Shown in pieces: positions 46,494 to 52,775 of a stretch of 52,775 nucleotides of DNA. A program made the position numbers and the translations under genes. How positions within the stretch are numbered: position 1 is the first letter of the stretch; every line of letters starts with the position of its first letter. The notes under the pieces were generated by a model that saw nothing but the letters and a program-made list of their open reading frames with translations, did no database searches and was not told where the DNA came from. The DNA comes from a virus (lineage: Duplodnaviria > Caudoviricetes): positions 1 to 52,775 of the IMG/VR virus record IMGVR_UViG_3300027894_000002. One strand, written 5' to 3'.

Positions 46494-46696
46494 GTTGCCT
46501 GCTCCCGCTCACGCACATAGGCGCGCAGCGCAGCGATGTTGAAGGTCCAGCGCCCGGTCGCCGACTTGGCCGCCCCGGGCAGCACGCCACGCGCCGCCAA
46601 GGCCTGAACTGTACGCTTAGGCTCCCCCAGGATGGCAACAGCCTGCGCCACGCGGCAGCGCTCGCTGGGGATAGATTGAGCGGCGCCGCGCGTCAT
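46337..46696 (-). CDS. xis: Excisionase-like HTH protein overlapping the int 5' end
   Basis: VAQAVAILG..RTVQALAARGVLPGA..GRWTF. Confidence 0.75.
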   Translation of the reverse strand: MTRGAAQSIPSERCRVAQAVAILGEPKRTVQALAARGVLPGAAKSATGRWTFNIAALRAYVREREQATWQNAKPLSAATGAARHYMAASRSRTLRSDGAYERAMAGLLHAGAKSAASRN

Positions 46697-46908
46697 CCGA
46701 CCGCCTCGCCGGCGAGCCATCGCGCTGCGGCTTGGCGGCCGTGTTCGGTAATGATGCTCAACGGCGGCGTCTTGAAGCCGTCGTAACAGAGCAGGCCGCC
46801 GCCGACCAAGGCTGCAACTGCCTGCCGGTCCATCGACTTGACCGGCTGCGGTCCTGCCATATGGGCGACGAGAACGGCTGCCCGCGTCGGTGTGAGATCC
46901 TCGGTCAT
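46693..46908 (-). CDS. Hypothetical protein
   Basis: ATGA-coupled. Confidence 0.6.
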   Translation of the reverse strand: MTEDLTPTRAAVLVAHMAGPQPVKSMDRQAVAALVGGGLLCYDGFKTPPLSIITEHGRQAAARWLAGEAVG

Positions 46909-47150
46909 GGGCGCAGCTCTTCGTTCGACGGCAGCACAATCGTGCCGGCGGCGAGCCTGGTGACCAGCATTTCGTAGCCAAGCCGCCGGCGGCCGCGTTT
47001 GGTGATCCGCGTCATGGTCTTGCGCGGGTTGAAACTTAGTAAGCCGTGACTGAGCAAAAGGCGGGTCTTGCGGCTGCAACGCGCGATATGGGGCTGTGGG
47101 CCTTCTAGGTGCTGTTGCAGCAACTGGCGATGCGCTGGCGTGATGATCAT
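46905..47150 (-). CDS. Hypothetical basic protein
   Basis: ATGA-coupled. Confidence 0.6.
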   Translation of the reverse strand: MIITPAHRQLLQQHLEGPQPHIARCSRKTRLLLSHGLLSFNPRKTMTRITKRGRRRLGYEMLVTRLAAGTIVLPSNEELRP

Positions 47151-47548
47151 GGCTGCGCCATGGCCTCGATCAGATCGGTGATCTGGCGCCGCGCTGCGGC
47201 GCCAGGGATCTTGGGGAAATTCTTGGCGATCGTGAGCCCATCGCGCGAGGCCAGGAATGTCGCGGTGAAATCCGGTACCAGCGGCGCGCTAATCTTGTCA
47301 CCGTTCTTGATGACGGGTGCGCCCTCGAAAAAGAATTCGACCGGCACTTGCAGGATATTGGCGATCTGCTGCAAGCGGCTGGCGCCGATGCGGTTGGTGC
47401 CCTTCTCGTATTTCTGCACCTGTTGGAAGGTGAGATCGAGCTCGTCGCCGAGTTTCTCCTGGCTCATTGACAGCATCATGCGGCGCATGCGCACGCGCGC
47501 GCCGACGTGGACGTCGACCGGGTTGCATATCTTTTTTGCTTTGGCCAT
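47147..47548 (-). CDS. XRE regulator, PraR/PhrR-like
   Basis: NPVDVHVGARVRMRRMMLSMSQEKLG..LTFQQVQKYEKGTNRIGASRL. Confidence 0.9.
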   Translation of the reverse strand: MAKAKKICNPVDVHVGARVRMRRMMLSMSQEKLGDELDLTFQQVQKYEKGTNRIGASRLQQIANILQVPVEFFFEGAPVIKNGDKISAPLVPDFTATFLASRDGLTIAKNFPKIPGAAARRQITDLIEAMAQP

Positions 47549-47554
47549 GACGAT

Positions 47555-47995
47555 TTACTCCGTTGCTGTGAGAATCTGTCGCTTGCGCAGGGTCTGCGCG
47601 AGTTTCTGACTGAGGCTGAGCCGCGGCTGCAGGCCGTGGTTCATGGTCTTGGTGATGTCGGATCGCCGGCCGGCGCGCATCGGATGCGGGCCGAGGCCCG
47701 GGCCCGTGACGCCGATGTGCTTGCGATGCACGCGCTTGGCCTTGGCGGCGGCCGGCACCACGATCTGGACGCCGTGTTGATGGTTGCAGCGATGATGCGC
47801 GATGCCGGTCGACTTGCCGCCGAAGGTCTTGGGCGCGCCGTCGTGGCTCTCGTCCCAAGCCTGGCCGGGTGTTACCGGCAGATCGCACAGATTGCAGATT
47901 GGCAATTGACCGCGGCCGGCGACATGCGCCGCCAGACATTCGCGCGACCACAAGTCGTCGCGTTTTTTCGAGCTAAAGCGCGGTTTGTAGGCCAT
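47555..47995 (-). CDS. HNH-like Zn-finger protein
   Basis: CNLC..WDESH..GG..AHHRCN. Confidence 0.65.
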   Translation of the reverse strand: MAYKPRFSSKKRDDLWSRECLAAHVAGRGQLPICNLCDLPVTPGQAWDESHDGAPKTFGGKSTGIAHHRCNHQHGVQIVVPAAAKAKRVHRKHIGVTGPGLGPHPMRAGRRSDITKTMNHGLQPRLSLSQKLAQTLRKRQILTATE

Positions 47996-48081
47996 GTGAA
48001 ACGATGCCCTGCTTCGGATAAGCAGCACCGTTTCACAACCTATTGTTTAATGCAACAACTTTGTTTGATTAATGCTCTGAT

Positions 48082-48726
48082 TTAGTCGCCGGTATCCGGC
48101 CGCGTCCGGCGCCGCGAAATCCGGTCGGTCACAACCCCTCGTATCATAACCGATTTATCGTCAACCAATAGGGGCAATGACGGGCTGCGATCGAGCCCGG
48201 CGGTAAGTAGGTAAGGCTTTTGGTAAACGCGGAACACGGGATGCCGGGTGCCCGTAGTGGCATCGGCGACCTCGGCGCAGACCACGTCGCCGTCGGCGGG
48301 CGGCTCGTGCGGATCGACCAGCACCAGATCGCCGCGCAGGAAGCCAGCAGCCTCAAGGGCGGTGCCGGCAAGCTCCCAGGTCTGGATAGCCCGGCGATTG
48401 CCGATTAACGCAGCCAGCGCCGCCGCTACGGCAGGCACGATGACCTCGGGGTCGACCAGCAATCCCTCGAGCATTACAGATCCCTGACCTTTGGTTCCGA
48501 AGGCCCGCGTTCGCGGTGCCTGCTGCCCAAAGTAGCGTTCTAACTTTGCGATCGTAGGGGTTGAAGGCGTAAACTTATATTTATCGTCGTTGAGAAAATT
48601 GGTCAGCGTTGTTGTCGCAATTTTGGTTTCGCGCGCCGCGCGCGTGGGGCTGAGCCCTCGATTTGCTAGGTTTTGCCGTAGCCAAGCCTTCAAGGCCTCG
48701 CGATCGGCCGCTGTTTCGTCCGCCAT
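48082..48726 (-). CDS. CI-like repressor (HTH + degenerate S24-like domain)
   Basis: SPTRAARETKIATTTLTNF HTH; GDLVLVDP..DGDVVCA; IRGVV; divergent from a Cro-like gene. Confidence 0.85.
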   Translation of the reverse strand: MADETAADREALKAWLRQNLANRGLSPTRAARETKIATTTLTNFLNDDKYKFTPSTPTIAKLERYFGQQAPRTRAFGTKGQGSVMLEGLLVDPEVIVPAVAAALAALIGNRRAIQTWELAGTALEAAGFLRGDLVLVDPHEPPADGDVVCAEVADATTGTRHPVFRVYQKPYLLTAGLDRSPSLPLLVDDKSVMIRGVVTDRISRRRTRPDTGD

Positions 48727-48842
48727 GCACAGCCTCGCTGTCGCTTGTACGCGACAGCTAGTTTGCGCTTGTGGATTGCTGACTACATCTAGCATTAAAG
48801 CACTTGACGCAACTGCACGACTCTGATTCTGCTGTAGCATTA

Positions 48843-49106
48843 ATGAAACAGGTTGTCGATCCTAAGGAACTTGTCAAACGCGCCAAACGCATCGGCGCGT
48901 CTGTCGGCGCCATTGCCGCCGACGCCGGCGTGCATCGCTCGACAATCTATCGGGCGGTCGATGACTACCGCAACACCACGATCGGTCACCTGGAAAACTT
49001 TAGTGCGGCGCTGGTCACGCGCGAGCTCGCACTGCGCGATTATCTGCTGCAGCTGCATCCTCTCGTTGTGCCGGCGCTCCAACACGAGGGGAGGGCTGGC
49101 AAATGA
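48843..49106 (+). CDS. Cro-like HTH protein
   Basis: IAADAGVHRSTIYR; divergent from CI. Confidence 0.8.
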   Translation: MKQVVDPKELVKRAKRIGASVGAIAADAGVHRSTIYRAVDDYRNTTIGHLENFSAALVTRELALRDYLLQLHPLVVPALQHEGRAGK

Positions 49107-49387
49107 CCCGCACGCGCGCGCTCTACGAGCGCAATGGTGAACTTGCTCGTTTCGTTCCAAAATCCGAATTCGATCCGGGTGGCGTCACTTGGGTGCCGCA
49201 ACCCAGCGCCAGCCGGGTGCCGCCGCTGCTGATCGTGCTGGTGCTGCTGCTCGCGATCCTCGCCTCGGCCATCGGTATCGTGCGGCATCACTCCGAGCAG
49301 CCGGCTGCCCAGTCGCTGCAGCTCAACAGCCCCGGTCCGCGCGCGCCTGCGCTGGCCGGGGTTGTTGTTTCCGGCGAGGCCCGATGA
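49103..49387 (+). CDS. Single-TM membrane protein
   Basis: LLIVLVLLLAILASAIGIV; coupled. Confidence 0.65.
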   Translation: MTRTRALYERNGELARFVPKSEFDPGGVTWVPQPSASRVPPLLIVLVLLLAILASAIGIVRHHSEQPAAQSLQLNSPGPRAPALAGVVVSGEAR

Positions 49388-49743
49388 GCAACCGAGAAAG
49401 GATCGTGGCGATCCTGTCCGACACGATCGGCGTTGCCGAGACGGTTACCAAGCGGCCGCCGTCGCACGACCGCCTGCCGCGGCTGGCGATGCTGGCCGTT
49501 GAGATCGACGAGGCCTCGACCTGGCTCGTCGAGGGTGGAAATCCGATCGGGCCCGAAGCGGCGATGTTGATCGAGGTGCTAATGCACATCGAGAAGGAAC
49601 GTGCGGCTGGCGACGGCGATCGCGTCACGAAATGGCTGGCGATCGCCGGCGCGCTGCTGCCGATGGTGCGCAACAATGGGGCCGATGCGATGGGTCTAGC
49701 CGATGCGCGACCAGCGACTAGCAGCGTCGGGAGGAACGGGTGA
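49384..49743 (+). CDS. Hypothetical protein
   Basis: Coupled on both sides. Confidence 0.65.
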   Translation: MSNRERIVAILSDTIGVAETVTKRPPSHDRLPRLAMLAVEIDEASTWLVEGGNPIGPEAAMLIEVLMHIEKERAAGDGDRVTKWLAIAGALLPMVRNNGADAMGLADARPATSSVGRNG

Positions 49744-51464
49744 GTAAAGCGCCGAAGAGCAAGACCAAGCCGTGCCTCGAGCGCAAGCAAAAGGGCACGT
49801 TGTCGCTCCGACGCTACAGCAAAAAGCGCGGCGGTTACGGCGTGCAGACCAAGACCGGCACCTATCGCGGCATCGGCGGTCCGATGACAATCCATCCGGG
49901 CGAGGATCTGCGCGCCGCCGCGATCCGCACGCTCGGGCAAGCTACGCGCAAGCTATCCGACATCAAGGTCGGCAAGCGCCATCGCAAGGACTACGGCGAT
50001 CTCAAAGCATTGGCGCGCTCGATCGATGCGCGTGGGCTGCTGCAGCCGATCGTTATCACGCCGCAGAATAAATTGATCGCCGGCGATCGGCGCATGCGCG
50101 CCTGGCCGCTGACCAAATTTGCCAAGACGCCAATCCCGGTGACCGTCGTCGATATCGACAGCATCGTCGCCGGCGAATGGGACGAGAACGCCATCCGCAA
50201 GGACTTCACGCCGTCGGAAGCGGTCGCCATCAAACGCGAGCTCGAGCCGGCGCTCAAGGCCGAGGCCAAGCGCCGCCAGCAACAGCATGGCGGCACGACG
50301 CGCGGCCGTAAGGCTGCGGCAACCGAAGGCGCCGGCAAGTCGCGCGACAAGGTCGCGGCTTACGTCGGCAAGCGCGCCCGCTCGCTGGCCAAGGCCGAAG
50401 ACATTGTCGAGGCGGCCGAAGCCGACCCCAAGAAATTCGGCAAACTGAAAGCCGACATGGATCGCACGGGCCGCGTCAACGGCCCGCACAAGCGCCTGCA
50501 GATTATGAAACAGGCCGAGCAAATCAGGAAAGCCCCGCCGGGCGTGCCGATGAAGGGGCCTTACGGCGTGGTGGTGATCGATTTTCCATGGCCGAACGAG
50601 CCCGGCATGTCGCAGGAAGAGCTCGACGCACGCGGCCGCAGCTTGCGGCCTTATCCGGCCATGTCGATCAAGTCCGGTTGCGCCTTCATGCGCGACAAGG
50701 TACGCAAGATCCTGGCGAAAGACTGTTTCGTTTATTTCTGGGCGACGAATTTTCACGCGCCCTATGCCTGGCACCTGTTGGCTGCGCTTGGCTTCAAGAA
50801 GCATTCAACGATCGGCTGCTGGCGCAAGCACAAGATGGGGCGCGGCCAGGTGCTGCGCGACAAGACCGAGCTCTGCATCATCGCGATCAAGGGCAAGCCG
50901 GTCATCAACCTGACCAACCAGACGACCGACTGGTCGGGCCCTGGCTGGGAGCGGCGCGACAATTCGCAAAAGCCGGTCGCGTTCTACGAGCTGGTCGAAG
51001 AGCTGACGCCGGCGCCGCGCTATGCGGAAATTTTTTCGCGCGGCGGCCGCAATTCAAAATGGGACTGCCACGGCGACGAGATCGGCAAATATCCGCCGGG
51101 CTATGAGGTGCCACTGCTGCCGATGCCGATCGCCGAGTCGCCGGCGCGGCCCGCGGACGATTTTCCGTGGCCGGTCGACAAGCGCGGCAACAGCTGGCCA
51201 AGCGAGAATGGTCACACTGTCTCGATGACGAGCGAGCCGGGGACCGGCAATGATATCAGCAAGCATGTCGGCACTTGCGAATGCGGCCAGAAATGGAGCG
51301 TGCCGCACGGCAAGATGCGCGATCTCGATCTGATCATCGGTGAGCATTGGCTGGCGGAATATTACAAAGCGAAAGGCGCGCCCGCGCCTGCCGCGATCAA
51401 AGGCGTCGATGGCGCGCAGCTCGATCTCGTCGACGCCAGTCACAACCAGCAGGCCGCCGAATGA
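49740..51464 (+). CDS. ParB-N / MT-A70 adenine methyltransferase fusion
   Basis: LARSI..GLLQPI..LIAGDRR..EN..RKD; YGVVVIDFPW; FWATN; SQKP..ELVE; EIFSR. Confidence 0.85.
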   Translation: MSKAPKSKTKPCLERKQKGTLSLRRYSKKRGGYGVQTKTGTYRGIGGPMTIHPGEDLRAAAIRTLGQATRKLSDIKVGKRHRKDYGDLKALARSIDARGLLQPIVITPQNKLIAGDRRMRAWPLTKFAKTPIPVTVVDIDSIVAGEWDENAIRKDFTPSEAVAIKRELEPALKAEAKRRQQQHGGTTRGRKAAATEGAGKSRDKVAAYVGKRARSLAKAEDIVEAAEADPKKFGKLKADMDRTGRVNGPHKRLQIMKQAEQIRKAPPGVPMKGPYGVVVIDFPWPNEPGMSQEELDARGRSLRPYPAMSIKSGCAFMRDKVRKILAKDCFVYFWATNFHAPYAWHLLAALGFKKHSTIGCWRKHKMGRGQVLRDKTELCIIAIKGKPVINLTNQTTDWSGPGWERRDNSQKPVAFYELVEELTPAPRYAEIFSRGGRNSKWDCHGDEIGKYPPGYEVPLLPMPIAESPARPADDFPWPVDKRGNSWPSENGHTVSMTSEPGTGNDISKHVGTCECGQKWSVPHGKMRDLDLIIGEHWLAEYYKAKGAPAPAAIKGVDGAQLDLVDASHNQQAAE

Positions 51465-51994
51465 AACAACCGCGCTTCATGTCGCTGCTCGAGAGCCTGA
51501 TCAATATCGCGGTCGGCTTTGGCATTTCGCTCGGCGCCCAGGTTTATTTTCTGCCGCTGCTCGGCGTCGAGATCTCGTTTAAGCAAAACCTGATCTTTGC
51601 GGTCATCATGACCGTGATCTCGATCGCGCGGTCCTATGTGCTGCGTCGGCTGTTCGAGGCGCTGCATATCCGCAATCCAATTTCGCCGTTTGCGGCCGCT
51701 GTGCTGGCTGAGCGCCGCCGGCAGATCGAGGCTGAGGGCTGGTCGCACGAGCATGATGACGCGCACGAGCTAGGGGAACTCGCGCGTGCTGGCGCTTGCT
51801 ATGCGATGCAGATGTCGCGCACTAGCACGCAACCGCCTGGTATCTGGCCATGGTCGCGCCAATGGTGGAAGCCGCGGCCACACGATTCTCGGCGCAATCT
51901 AGGAATCGGCGCATCGCTCATGCTCGCCGAGGGCGAAAAGTTCGATCGACAAAGAAAAACAAAAAGGCGCGCGATGCCGAGGGTTGCCGCATGA
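51461..51994 (+). CDS. Two-domain phage protein (membrane domain + AERRRQ..EGW..HDD domain)
   Basis: SLLESLINIAVGF..SIARSYVLRR; ELARAGACYA; WPW. Confidence 0.75.
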   Translation: MKQPRFMSLLESLINIAVGFGISLGAQVYFLPLLGVEISFKQNLIFAVIMTVISIARSYVLRRLFEALHIRNPISPFAAAVLAERRRQIEAEGWSHEHDDAHELGELARAGACYAMQMSRTSTQPPGIWPWSRQWWKPRPHDSRRNLGIGASLMLAEGEKFDRQRKTKRRAMPRVAA

Positions 51995-52206
51995 TCGACC
52001 GCAATGCGTTGCAGGTAGAATTCGATCGCCTGACGAAATGGCTGGCTGATCGGTTCGATCAGCAAGATCTGCGTTATGTCGCTGTGCGTGTCGTTCGTGA
52101 TCATGTGCAGGATATTTTGAGCGGCAGGCGTTTCGACAAAACGCTCACGTTGAAGGCAGTCGATCATGCGATCGCTGCATTTTCGCAATCGGTTGCTGCG
52201 GATTAA
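51991..52206 (+). CDS. Hypothetical protein
   Basis: ATGA-coupled; GAGG RBS. Confidence 0.6.
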   Translation: MIDRNALQVEFDRLTKWLADRFDQQDLRYVAVRVVRDHVQDILSGRRFDKTLTLKAVDHAIAAFSQSVAAD

Positions 52207-52225
52207 CATAATTGAGGAACGGAAG

Positions 52226-52462
52226 ATGGCCGAAGAACAGACGCCAATTCGAGTGTCTCTAGGACTTGAAGCCGCCGCCGATGGCGATCCGAGGGGCATC
52301 AGCATATTTATGGGCTGGCTTGGCTCAGAGTTGGGAATTTTGGCTTACGTCACGCCGGATTTACCAAAGCCGGTCTCAGAACGCCTTGGCCAACTCGCTA
52401 AGGACGTAGACCGACTACGGCAGTTTGTTGATGGCTTCGTCGAGGGCCGCACAACGGATTAA
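52226..52462 (+). CDS. Hypothetical protein
   Basis: GAGGA RBS. Confidence 0.6.
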   Translation: MAEEQTPIRVSLGLEAAADGDPRGISIFMGWLGSELGILAYVTPDLPKPVSERLGQLAKDVDRLRQFVDGFVEGRTTD

Positions 52463-52473
52463 GGAAAAATATC

Positions 52474-52707
52474 ATGGAAAATCTTAACGATGATGTGGGG
52501 CTTGAGGATGCGCTCGCCGCTATCCCTGTCGGGATGATTTGGCGGCTTGGAACCTATAGCAAAGGCAGATTTTGGTTTTTGCTTGGATGGCCCACAGCAA
52601 AAGGTAATTTCTCAGCGGTCCTTGGAAAATATACAGCCATTGAAGCAGCGCCAAATTTGGCAGTTCAGGCTGCGCTTATACGCATGGCAAAACGTGAAGA
52701 TCATTAA
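52474..52707 (+). CDS. Hypothetical protein
   Basis: AAGGA RBS; runs into the terminal repeat. Confidence 0.65.
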   Translation: MENLNDDVGLEDALAAIPVGMIWRLGTYSKGRFWFLLGWPTAKGNFSAVLGKYTAIEAAPNLAVQAALIRMAKREDH

Positions 52708-52775
52708 GCAGCGGACAATAAAGATGAGCCCACAGCGCATTCAACGAAAGAGGACGAGGGGTTGGCGGATGCCGG
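52650..52775 (+). repeat. 126-bp terminal direct repeat, right copy
   Basis: Identical to 10-135. Confidence 0.95.

Larger units (their letters stand above)
1..52775. mobile_element. Complete temperate podovirus genome in circular/excised form (attP intact)
   Basis: Terminase, portal, capsid, tail tube A/B, ejection, lysis, integrase and CI/Cro genes present; no tape measure; ends overlap exactly; no host housekeeping genes. Confidence 0.95.

Overview
The window is an apparently complete, circularly assembled genome of a GC-rich temperate podovirus. The unit length is about 52,640 bp, since 10-135 is repeated exactly at 52650-52775. The virion module resembles BPP-1/T7 types, and the host is most likely a Hyphomicrobiales alphaproteobacterium. 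Gene order: small accessory ORFs; primase-helicase and iteron-like origin; NusG-family antiterminator followed by three terminators; terminases, portal, scaffold, a HEXXH metalloprotease, capsid and head fibre; a three-gene cassette (TPR-glycosyltransferase, FkbM methyltransferase, GT4); tail and ejection proteins; two fibres flanking an antisense methyltransferase; lysis genes; attP; int/xis; PraR/PhrR-like regulator; HNH; CI/Cro; ParB-MT-A70. Best candidates for new biology: (1) a virion protein glycosylation/methylation cassette inside the head operon; (2) an attP carrying the 5' half of tRNA-Ser(GCT) with its own promoter; (3) a shared RxTI[GA][HG]G motif on small basic late proteins and the scaffold, next to a metalloprotease; (4) a NusG gene followed by a repeated-terminator leader. 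All product calls come from motifs recognised by eye and from synteny; no searches were run.
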